DNA from: Antechinus flavipes
Lineage: Eukaryota
Reading direction: 5' to 3'
Length of the DNA stretch: 64,000 nucleotides
Assembly (NCBI RefSeq): GCF_016432865.1
Contig: NC_067398.1
Span: 712,752,001-712,816,000, forward strand
Below the pieces are notes generated by a model. That model did not search any database. It was not told the DNA's origin and saw only the letters and a list, made by a program, of their open reading frames with translations. The stretch's first letter is position 1, and each line of letters begins with the position of its first letter. Below are positions 24,371-35,010 of the stretch, one piece after another. The position numbers and the translations under genes were made by a program.

Positions 24371-25914
24371 GAGAGATCACAGAATCAAAGATTTGGTGAC
24401 AGAAGAGCCCTTAGGAGCCATCAAAGCCAATGGATGTGTAAGTTGAGGTGGTCTTCCCCAGGGTCAGACAGCACGCGTACGAGGATTTGAATTCGTCTTC
24501 CATGCCCAGTGCAGAATACCGAACCATCATGACAGAGCAGTTTCAGAGTTCTGAGAGAATTGGCAGTTATGAGAAATGATGAAATCTAAGGTAGGATCAT
24601 CCATGGGTGGCTGAAGCAGAATAAAGATAATGAGCCCCGAGACTGAGAGATGAAATCTAAGGACAATGTTCAATGGGTGAACTTGACGTATGTCTGAAGT
24701 TCTGAGTATTTAACTAAGCAGGGAGTCCGGATTGGGGTGAAGAACCTGGGAGGGACCCAAGGGAAGACATAAGGACATAAGGACCAGACAACTTCCAAGC
24801 AAAGGCTGGTTGTAATGATGGTAGCAGGGAGAAGGGGAAAAGGGATATGCCAGCTCCTCCTCATACCCCAAGGTATTCAGAATATGAAGGCAGCCAATGC
24901 ACTAAAAACAGTGCCCCGGGAGAGGTCATCTTCTGGAGAAAGTCAAGTTCCTGGGAGCACCAAAGAAAGGAAATGTGGTAAGAGTTGGAAATTTCCCAGC
25001 CATTGGGAAAAAAATCAGATGAGTTGACATGGCCTAGTGCTAAAGCATCCCTTCAAACACCAGAGCTGGAGGGAGAGCAGTGTAGCAAGACCCACTCTCA
25101 AGCCTCGGATCCTCATTTGATACCTGGCACACACAGGTTATGTCACCTGATGCCCTGAGGCCCAGGAGTGGATGTGACCATTGCCTCTACTAAGAAGGGA
25201 CAGAAGAGGAGGTTGGATGGGGTTGCCCAGGCTTCACAGGGTGAAGGGCACTGGGAGCTACCTACTGCTCTGCCTGCATCTTCCGGTGGATACAGGAGGA
25301 CCTGTCCTACGTTGACATTTCGTGCTTTAAGAGAAGCCAAAGATCCTTCCAAAGGAGAAAAGGAGAAACCAATATAGATGTTTCAAAGGTATTCCTTCCC
25401 ATGTAAAGGCCCGTACCAGCCCTTCTGGGGCAAATACTGAAATTTCTAGGATTTCCTTGGGTTGGGGCACGAGCAAGAGATTCCATGAGCCCTCTCCAGA
25501 GACGCACCTACTTCTGACCTAGCTTCAGAGTGTGGGGCCCAAACAATACATGGATTACATTTCTCCATGATGGGAAGTACAAGACACCTCATCTCTTCGG
25601 CTAATAAACATCGGGAAAGGAAAAGCCTTGGGTAACTCGGGATTCATCCCTTTTATCACAAGGCGATAAAAAACAAAAGGGAAAAACAGCTTAAGAAAAG
25701 GAGGACTTACACTCTGTGGACACGGACCCGAGGAACCAGCATTCTGTGATAAGCTCCTGGTCAGGTGGGACAAACGGCTCAAGAATACTGAAGAGAGCAG
25801 AGCACTCGATTTTCGAGCACACGGCATGCTCCTGATCCAACAATCAAGGGGGGCACCGAGTGATGTCCCAACCCAACACCACAGAGAGAAAACAACAACC
25901 CACGTGGAGACGTC

Positions 25915-27870
25915 AGTGGCATTTTGTGATCAAATTTATTTTCAGTTCCAATTTCAATTACTTTGCCTTACTATAATTTACACAAGAAACTGTCGAGTAA
26001 ACGCGTTATTTTACAGTCACTATACGATCCCTCCAATTTCCACAGTGAATCAAGAAACCATTAAAATCCATGCGTCGGGTGCTCCTGTCCATGCGAGAGC
26101 ACACTCCCCATGATGCCACAGGTGCCACTGAGGACCGAGTCTGTGAAATGGAAAGAGCCAGACCCTTTGTGCTGACAGGTCGGCCATAATAATCCTCCTC
26201 GCAACAACTCTCCTCAGACAAACCATCTTGCTTTGACAAGCCCACGTTCCAACGATGCACAGAAAGTAAACATTGGTGTTCATCCTGAGTACACAGAAGA
26301 CGTGTGAAGTGCAGCTGGGGTGGGGCCAACGGGACAACATGATGCAAAGCGCCCCTCGCCGTATTGTGGCAATCATTTCGAGAGGGGACAAAAATCACTG
26401 TGGACAGATGCAAGGGAGCTAGCTGGGCCTTCAGCAAAGTAAATGACCAGTAGGGTTCCTCTACTGCAGGAGAGCATGTTTTAAGTGGGAAAGAGCATGA
26501 TTTTCAATCATCAAGGCTTAAAACCTTGTCCTACACAAGCTTCTAGGACTGAGGAGAAAAAAGTTGGAATCTGACAAAGAAAGCCAATTTAAAAAAAAAA
26601 AAATCTTACTTATGTGTTGTTCCTAAAATAACTTTTTTGTTTCTATCTAACAAGCATTTTAATAGATATCTAGGAGAGGCTCCAGGTGAGTATTTTCTTA
26701 AAAAATCCTGAAGATCTGAGGACCATCCACAAAAGGGTTGGAATTATACCATCATCTTCATAGCGTGTCTTCGGACAGCGCAGAGAGACCCATGGTTGGC
26801 CACGCTCTACACTTTCATCTCATCTGAAAGTGAATGATCTCTCATCTAAAATGTATTTTCAACATGAAAAGAGCTAAAAGTCATCATTATATTCCATTGT
26901 GTAAGTTGTGAGAAATTGAGGCCATTTGCATAGTTTCCAAAATGCAGTTTTAGAAAATAGTCATTTCAGACACAAGAAAAATTTGACTCAAGGGAAGTGC
27001 TTGCTACACTTCCAACTTCTTGACGAGCCTACAGTATTTTTTATTGAGATTAAATAGTAGTATCACCCATTTCTTTTGTGCCTAACAGGCTCTCTGAAAT
27101 GTTTATAGTGTTTATTATAAATCACAAGCCAGTGTCTTCCCCCCATTTTTTTTTTGCCAGTTTCTGATATAGAAAAATACTTGAAATTTAAATGTACAAA
27201 AATCCAATAAAAACAGGTACAATTTTTAAGGATTTTTTTTTTCTTCAAGGGCAAGTACAAATGAAATTATAGCCAGATTCCTTACTCATAGAAATCCTCA
27301 AAGTTGGCTGTAAGATCGTGACCATCCAGAAATAAATAGCTATAAATACATTCATAGTTTACATTCCAGAATCTGAGGGAAAACAAAAAATTCAGAATAA
27401 ACTTTTGCTTTGGGAGTCTGTTTACTCATGAGACTAAAATAGAAAGTTTTAACAGACATTTAAGAGAACAACAAAAAAGTATATATTGGTCCACAACTTG
27501 ACATCCATGAAACATACCAGCTAGCATCACATTGTAGTCAATTCATCCATTAATGGCATTACTCTGATAATTATTAAAATCTGCTTCAGGTATATATAAT
27601 GAAAATATTTTCCTTTGCCTTTTTGCTGTAGGTACAGTACTCTGGAGAAATTGTACTAATCCCCTAAGTAGATGTATGTATGTATGTACATATATACACA
27701 AGTGCGTGCATCAGTATCTATAGCTCTACATGCGGTTTCTATACAGCTACAGATATACACACACATATACATATATACACACGTGTTTGGATAGCGGTAC
27801 ATGTGTACAGATCGTCACACGCACATGTCTGTGAAACGTCAACACTGCAAGTTACTGGTCAGATCCTTCC
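25915..27870 (-). other. PITPNB: PITPNB 3' UTR (~1.95 kb)
   Basis: Follows the terminal stop, has no recognisable interspersed repeats, is AU/GU-rich and ends at an AATAAA with a GU-rich downstream element. The exact cleavage site is estimated. Confidence 0.8.
25935..25940 (-). terminator. Distal poly(A) signal AATAAA of PITPNB
   Basis: Plus-strand tttatt. The transcript continues into GTTGTTGTTTTCTCTCTGTGGTGTTGG about 35-65 nt downstream, typical of a CstF element. Confidence 0.75.
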
Positions 27871-27921
27871 TCATTCGTCCTGGGCAGCACTGGTTCCCCT
27901 CACTTGACCTTGATTACGTAA
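27871..27921 (-). CDS. PITPNB: PITPNB terminal exon 12 coding part (sp2-type C-terminus) LRNQGQVRGTSAAQDE*, used when exon 11 is skipped
   Basis: cttctctttccattttcctacag acceptor and TGA at 27871-27873. Matches the recalled human isoform-2 tail LRNQGQVRGTSAASDE. Confidence 0.93.
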   Translation of the reverse strand, partial: LRNQGQVRGTSAAQDE

Positions 27922-29233
27922 CTGTAGGAAAATGGAAAGAGAAGGGTATGAGGAAGGAGACAAAATTAAGTTTTTAAACACTGTAAAGCTTATCAATTTT
28001 CCAGAAAAAAATGCTTAATATGGCAAAAAACCTTTATCAGAAAGTCCGTTTAAACTAAATAGATTTAATTTTTTAATTTTAAATTTAATTTTAAAAAAAC
28101 CTACTCAAGATTTATCTTATTAATGGCTTAACACTATCCCATTGGTGGGAGAAATTAAGCAAATTAATTGCTGAAAAGGTCACTAAACTTTGTTAAGAAT
28201 TTATTCCAAGTAATAAAGTGACAGCAAAAAAGCTGGACAAACCAACCGTGGGCTGCAGTGTGCATTTAGGTAAGAGTGTGAGATCATCTGAAGCTCCTCC
28301 TTCATACCCAGGTAGTTTATTCAGTCTTAAGTACACAATGAAAAGAATGGCCCAAACAGAAGGTCCTCACAGTGAATGTGGGCCACAGAGCAAGGGAGAA
28401 AGGACCCCTATTATTTGCTCTTCTCCAGAATAAGTTCTGTTTTGTCCTATTCGGCTTCCATGCTTATGGTAAATTGTGATGGCCGTTCTCTTTTTACAAA
28501 GTCATCCTTTGCTAGATAAAAATGCTCTAGCCTTTAAATGAACCACCACGCCAAAGAAATGGACATTACAAATTCAACTTAGGTGAGATTACAAATATTA
28601 GAACTGAACTGAGTCACCTAGGAATCTAAGAATTAAAGATTTGGGATGCCAGAGAATAGGCATGGAGGAGGAAGAGATTGGTTCAGCTGGTCCACAATGG
28701 ATGGCAGGGGAGCTGCTTCGCCACCCCTGAAGTACTAGGTTAATAGGTCAGCCTGAGAACATTCAAAGGCACCAGGATGTGAGGCAATTGTTGACTACAA
28801 ATATGAGAGCCTGGGTTAGAATTCCAGTTCTACCAGCTGATTACTTCTATGACTTCCAGCGGGTCACTTCCCCTCATTCCATCACACTCTCCTCATGAGG
28901 ATAAACAAAAAGCTGGCTCCCAAGCCAAGCCATGTGGAACTCAAGCACACTCAGTCCATTTTGTACATGTGGATATTACTCCATTACTGATCTCAACCTG
29001 TGCCACAGATGTCTTTATATGAGGACTGAAGTTCTGAGAGTTCTAATGCTAATGCTTTTTATTCTATGTGGGGTTTGTTCATGTTGAGAAATGAAGCCAT
29101 CAGAATATGGCGAGTCTGTGCTCATCAAATGACTCTCCATCACCAGCAAAGTGGGAATTTGAGGTGGCGTCCTGTTCACCCAGCCCTTCACTTACACAGC
29201 TTGATATGGCCTCTGACCCTACAGAAGATTCAT

Positions 29234-29281
29234 CTAGACATCAGCAGCCGTTGTGCCTCGGACGGTACCCTTCTTACGCAT
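29234..29281 (-). CDS. PITPNB: PITPNB alternative exon 11 coding part (sp1-type C-terminus) MRKKGTVRGTTAADV*; full exon 29196-29281 (86 nt)
   Basis: ttttattttacgtttag acceptor, TAG at 29234-29236, TGT|gtaagt donor after 29196. Homologous to human MRKRGSVRGTSAADV. Confidence 0.95.
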   Translation of the reverse strand: MRKKGTVRGTTAADV

Positions 29282-29333
29282 CTAAACGTAAAATAAAACC
29301 GTGAGCTACTGAATCACAGACTCCGAATCTGAG

Positions 29334-29340
29334 GTTAGTA
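29334..29340 (-). promoter_or_regulatory. TACTAAC branch-point / SF1-QKI motif upstream of alternative exon 11
   Basis: Plus-strand gttagta. The putative branch A (29335) is 54 nt from the exon start. Confidence 0.55.
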
Positions 29341-29964
29341 AGCAAGAAGGCAAAGACGCTCTACAGTGAGAGCTGCAATTATAGTCACATCCACATTTGG
29401 GAGAACATTTCTAGGTCTCTCCAATAAGCTCAAATCTAAGGGAAGTTCTTAAGGAGTATTTTCTCAAACAGCATGACAGATATTTAGCTGTCCTTGAGTG
29501 CTTCAGAGAAAGTGTTGGTGTGAAATTATTTTTAAAATAGCCCTAGACGCAAGGAAATGTCCACTAATGTTATCGCCGTGTCATTTCTTTGAAATAGCCT
29601 TCAAAGGTCGGATTGGGCCCTAACACAGCTGCTGAGGCTAGAGAGGAAGGAATGGGCACGGGGAATTTCCAGCTGCTCTCGATCTGACAAAAGCAGCTCC
29701 TTAGGCATAATTCACTCAAGAGCCATTAGTGTCACACCCCACTTGGTGTGCTTAGGAAAGGAGCAGAAGGGACAAAAAAAGATCAGGAAGAAAACAAGAA
29801 TTACAAAGAAGACAGGAGCCAAGAAACAAGGCACTTGCCAATGAATGAAGGCAGGCTGAAGAACAGAAATGTGAAAACGGACCAAGACAGCCATGGAATC
29901 ATAACTCAGTCACGATCAATGAAGTTTGTGAAAGAAGATGACAGAAAGGGAAGAGAAGAAAAGT

Positions 29965-30510
29965 AACACAGTCATCCTTCAATGTTCGTGGGAGTTAGGG
30001 TGCAAGACCCCTGAGAATAATTCTAGACTACCCCAGACCTATATTTTTAATAATTCTGATCATATTAATATAGATCACACGACACCCAGTAAAAAGCCAC
30101 AGCTTCTCCGAGAGACATTAGTGTCTTGCAAACTTCACAGCCACCACAGTCCAGCGGCATCAACTGCTGCACAAATTTCCTTCTCCTCCCAAAGGTGGAA
30201 GTCGCATGATCAAAAATGAAACAAAGAGGAGGCACTTCCAAAAAGAGAGAATAAGTTAAGAGTTCTTTAACATGATGAAACTTTGAACAAAACTTAACCG
30301 TTTATAATAAGTTTATGTATGTATACTTATGGTAGTAAATGATAGAACAGATTAATAATATATACTATATATTTGACTTATATGCAAGTCATATGCAATC
30401 CACAGTATGCTACAAATCTCCCAAAATTTACCTTTAATTATTGATGACCAATGTTCAACTAATCATAACCACAAATATAGTACCCACAAATGTCAAAGGA
30501 TGACTGTGTT
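29965..30510. mobile_element. Non-autonomous Tc1/mariner (pogo/Tigger-like) DNA transposon, ~545 bp
   Basis: Perfect 15-bp terminal inverted repeat (aacacagtcatcctt / aaggatgactgtgtt) extending to 28 bp with 5 transition mismatches. The CAGTC terminus is typical of Tigger. Confidence 0.8.
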
Positions 30511-33290
30511 GTCTTTTCCCCCCTGTTTTCATACATTAGATGGAAAGATAGGCAACAAGGGATCATGTTTATCTTAAAAACTGAGCTGCTGCTAAGCTTA
30601 AAGCCTGAAGTTCAAAGGCCTTCTGCTCATGCCTGACACCTCCCGTCCCTGGGCCCTCTCTTTGGGGCCAATGCCCATCCTAAAAGAGATTTTAATTCCT
30701 GAAATATCTGTGAACGAAAAAGAATTACACTTGTCCAAAATACTTCAATCGGGCGTCAGTGGAATTAAAACTGAAATTCCTTTCTATCAAAAAGAAGGCT
30801 TTACATGTTTAAACCTGCTCGTTAAGTAGGGTCTGCAAGGGAACCTGTAACCTCAGGCAGTGCCTGCCTTATCTGTGCCTTATCTGTGGATGTTGGAAGA
30901 CATATTGTTAGTACACAAAGTGAGAAATCCTAGCATAAAGCACTCTTGCATTACTTTGAGCAGTATAAGAACTAGATTTCGCGTTAAGATGAACAGCACA
31001 GAGGGCAGAAAAAGGGTTCATTAGAATTTTTGAAACATTAAACAACAAAATACCCCTCCCTTGCTCCCCAGTCTACCCACACCCACATACAATTTCTTCC
31101 ATTATATGGAAGGCAATGGAAACATGAAGATTTAAGCTTAAAACTAAGAGCTATAGAAGACTTTCTAATAAATGAATTTGTGAATAAAGGCATAATTGCT
31201 TGCCTATCTCATAACATTTCTTTTACCAGCTAGAGGGGTTGTTAATAAGCAGGCAGACCCCAACTTCTAAACAATCCAGCCTGCCAGTCAGCAGCTAGTG
31301 CTACTATCAGGAGGGCCAGGGTGCTTTGAAACAAACCAAAAACAGCCTGGAAGATTTTAAGGCACTTATGGGTTGAAGAGGAGGAGGAAAAAAGCTGGGA
31401 ACTTCTGATCCTAAAGGCAGAAGTGACCAAAGATAGATCCCTGGTACATAGGCCTTCTTATCCCCATTGCTGAAATCTTTCTCACTTCACTTGGTTACAT
31501 CTCATGCTACCACAATAAGGAACCTATATGATTTAACATTTCAAAGAAATCTAGCCCCCTTTAATGGGGTTGTCGCCGTTGCCTCAGAGTGAATGAGTTC
31601 TATCCCACTCTCTCTTTAACTAACAACCACTCATATTTTTGGTAAAGACTGGTAAAGACATGGGGCCCAAGTGACGTGACTAGCTGGAATTAATCGGGAT
31701 AGACCAAATCAAGAGGGCCATTGAGTGTAAACAATCATTTTCACATGCACAAAATGGAGAACACAGCCAGGCAAGAAAATTAATGTACTCTTAAGACTAC
31801 ATTTGAGGCACAATGTCCAAAATTAAAAAGTTGTCAGCCATGCTGTGTGTACTCCTCTCTGACTAAAACACACTCACATGATAGATTTCTTTAGGATTAA
31901 AGAAGGGACCCCAGAGGCCATCTCTTCATATCACAGATGGGGAAGCAGAAGCCCATATGGGTGTAGAAGCAGTACTGGGATCAGTTGGGGTGTGAGTCTG
32001 GAAAGGCCATTGATAGATGAAGACTGGTTGAAGGAATTGTCCAGCCAGTATGAAAAATAAAAGATTTCTGTGGAACAAGATTATCTGGGTTTGAGTTATA
32101 AAAAAAAAAAAGAGACTAAATTTCTGTTTGGCCTCATGGGACAGAACAGGAATAATTCTGGAAACTGCAAAACTGGATAAGGAGAAGTGTCCCACCATGG
32201 CGAGCTAAGCCCAACTGGAAGGGGCCATCTTGGGAAGGCAACAGCTTTTCCCCTCACTGAAGTCCCTCCAGAAAGGGCTGGACAGAGGACATTATTTTTC
32301 AAGGTATGAATGGCCACTGAGATGTCCTTCCAACTAAAAATTTTCAGTACTTTTGAGTGCATACTTTGGCCTCTTTATGTCTCAAAAAAGTTCTCAGTCC
32401 TAAATTAGTTCTAAACCAGAAGCAGGATGGCATATGCAATGGTAAAGGAAGCTCCCAATGCAGACAAAAGCATGGCTCTCTTTCATCTAATCATGTAGAC
32501 TCTGTGCCCAATATAGGGCCTTCTGTATACTCGGTATTTTATAAATGTCTGTTGAATTAAATTGTGTTAAGCAGACCTTTGTAGGCTGGGTCAGGAACGT
32601 AACTGCACTTTATAACAGTTTCTGGAGGGAAAGGTTTTCTGCGTTCCAAAAAGCACTTGGGAACACAATCCATTTGTAATTCGGGGATTGCCTGTAGTTT
32701 ACTTTATGTGAAGGGTAAGGTTAAAACATTTTATTGCCTTATAAAGCAAACATTTCCAAGGCCTTTATAAGGTTCATATAAACTAATTAGGAGCAGATTT
32801 TCCTTAATTACAAAAATTCCGGCAATTTGAAACACAACAGCTTTAGCTTCCTTTTCTATTGTGTCAGAGAAATAGAATTGCTTCCATGGTCCTTTTGTTT
32901 GATGGTGTTTCTAAACATTGCTATTAGCTGGCATGTACCTGGGATGACTCTATGGAAACATCTCCTGGGTCTACTTCCACAGTGGGCTTTTGTCAGCTGA
33001 AGAAAACCTTGACTTACTTCTAATCTCTAGTCAGGTCTGTCAAATGGGGAAAAAGGCCACTGTGGAAGTTTACACTTCCAAAAGAGGGGAGGACATGTAC
33101 TCTCAGGCTGACCCTTGACATTTTGAAATGGGGAAAATACTATTAGCCAACCAAAAGGAAAATTTGATTTCTCCTTAGTTTGCCCATCAGCTCCCATTAC
33201 TAACAAAATTGAGAAAAAATTCTGAAGTTGGGGAGAAAAGGTCAAGTTTTTTTGAACTATGGGGTTAAATTTGAGCTTAATGGTCTAAAA

Positions 33291-33467
33291 CAGGGGTCCT
33301 TAAACTATAGCCCGCGAGCAAGATGAGGCAGCTGAGGACGATTATCCCCCTCACCCAGGACTATGAAGTTTCTTTATGAAGTTTTTGTTTTTACTATAAT
33401 CCGGCCCTCCAACAGTCTGAGGGACAGTGTGAACTGGACCCCTATTTAAAAAGTATGAGGAACTCTG
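33291..33467 (+). mobile_element. OC1 (OposCharlie)-type hAT MITE, 177 bp
   Basis: caggggtcct...aggaactctg TIRs and a perfect 8-bp TSD gtctaaaa (33283-33290 and 33468-33475). The body gcagctgaggacgattatccccctcacccagg matches the recalled OC1 non-autonomous consensus. Confidence 0.9.
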
Positions 33468-33742
33468 GTCTAAAAGATCAAGAGGATTATCAATATACTG
33501 AGGTTAACAGTAGAGATCTAGAAAGGCCTAATGGCTATAGGGAAAAAACAAAAACAAAAACAGAAATGTGACATTTCAACACCCTGAATCTAGGAAGGCC
33601 CTCATCATCATCAGATTTCCTTCTGAAAGGGGGGAAGCTCCTCCTAAGATCCCAGGTCAAGGGAAGGAACACTAGTCTAAAGTCAGCTCTGCCAATGCTC
33701 CCTTTCCCTTCATGCAGAGTCGAGACAAGAAGGCAGCCTTAC

Positions 33743-33865
33743 AGCTTCTAGCTCTTTCTGGGTCTCATCTTCCATTCTTCGAATGTCTTCCATAGTCAAG
33801 TCGATCCACTTGTCAATCCAACAAAAGAGCTGGCGATGGAAGTTAGTAAATATTCTTTTTTCTTG
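33743..33865 (-). CDS. PITPNB: PITPNB coding exon (exon 10), 123 nt, [41 protein letters not shown]
   Basis: tctttcttttcaaag acceptor and GCT|gtaagg donor. Near-identical to the PITP beta sequence. Confidence 0.98.
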
Positions 33866-34212
33866 CTTTGAAAAGAAAGAGAGAAAGGTCCATTACAAGG
33901 CCGGTGGGGCAGAAGTCTTTATTCTATTACATGAACATTAATGATCCCCAAGGCATTTATGTGCAAGTGCCACACCAAGACCCCTCATCTCAGGCCCTTC
34001 TGCAATGGCTACCGTGCTAATCAAGTAAGGCTGTCCTGGAAGGAGCCTAATTTTTCCCGACAGCTTCAAATGCTGGGAACGAGAGAGAGCTCCCCAGAAC
34101 GGTCTAACTCCAGAGATGTGCAGGCCCTCCGGAGGGCAGCACGGATCCCAGTTCTATAGCATAAGGGAGCATATGTGACACCTGGTCTCACTCATTTTCA
34201 TGGGCGACTTAC

Positions 34213-34323
34213 TTTTTGGATAAAGTTTTCTACTTTACTCTGCAGTCCCCACCACTTGAATTTGATGGTTACCAGCTTGTAGGCACACATTTGGGGAGAG
34301 TCTTGGTTATTTGCCAGGTCTTT
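34213..34323 (-). CDS. PITPNB: PITPNB coding exon (exon 9), 111 nt, [37 protein letters not shown]
   Basis: tttttcccatctag acceptor and AAA|gtaagt donor. Contains the PITP WW membrane-docking motif. Confidence 0.98.
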
Positions 34324-34829
34324 CTAGATGGGAAAAATGCAAAGAAGAAAATATCATTTAATTGTACTTGAAAATACTGAAATTAACTAAAATTCTAATT
34401 CAAGCATCCAAAAGTTCTAAGTTTCCCTATCCATTAAGCATTTATTAAGTGCCTACTATGTCCTGTTTCCCTGAAGAGGAAGAGGGAAAAGGAGAGTTAT
34501 TTAATCCATTCAGCTTTGAAAGAGCAGCTAAGCTATGGGTACTTCAGCAGACAAACAACTCAACAGATCAGGCCCAGACCATACTTTACACCCAACCAGC
34601 TGGACACCAAGAATAACCACCTCAAACAGCCAAGGATATCTGCTATCTCTGTCTGTCTCTCTTCCCTATCTCACAAGTTTTCTTTTTCTTGCTCTGGGAA
34701 CAATAATCAAATCAATAGTGCTATGGCTATTAGAAAGCCTGGGACAATCTCTGTTACTTCCTAGAGTCTAAGGCCTATACCAAAACTCAGATCTTTGACC
34801 ACAATCAGAATGTAAGAGTGTATTGAAAA

Positions 34830-35010
34830 ATAGCATGACCAAATGGACCTGAAGTCAGGATATTCGGGGTTCGAACTCCATCTTCAACAGGTCCTAGCCA
34901 GGAAACTCTGGGCAAGACATTTCATCTCTCTTGCCTTGGTTTCCTCATCTGTAAAGTGAGGAAATGAAGAAGACGAAGCACTGAATGCCTCATCTGAAAA
35001 ATGAGGCAAC
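34830..35010 (+). mobile_element. MIR-like SINE
   Basis: gacctgaagtcagga...ggttcgaactc...ctctgggcaag...ggtttcctcatctgtaaagtgagg. Confidence 0.65.

Noticed and set aside
1-25900. MN1 coding sequence or tRNA, snoRNA and miRNA genes in the intergenic part
   Set aside because: No MN1-like peptide (no poly-Gln or Gly/Pro-rich MN1 motifs). The tRNA-like boxes belong to SINE heads, and no box C/D, H/ACA or long pre-miRNA hairpin was recognisable.
26740-26826. Exon-like segment (ttcactttcag|ATGAGATGAAAGTGTAG) as an extra PITPNB coding exon
   Set aside because: It lies inside the continuous 3' UTR. In phase 0 it gives only MR*, and the true sp2 exon was found at 27921.
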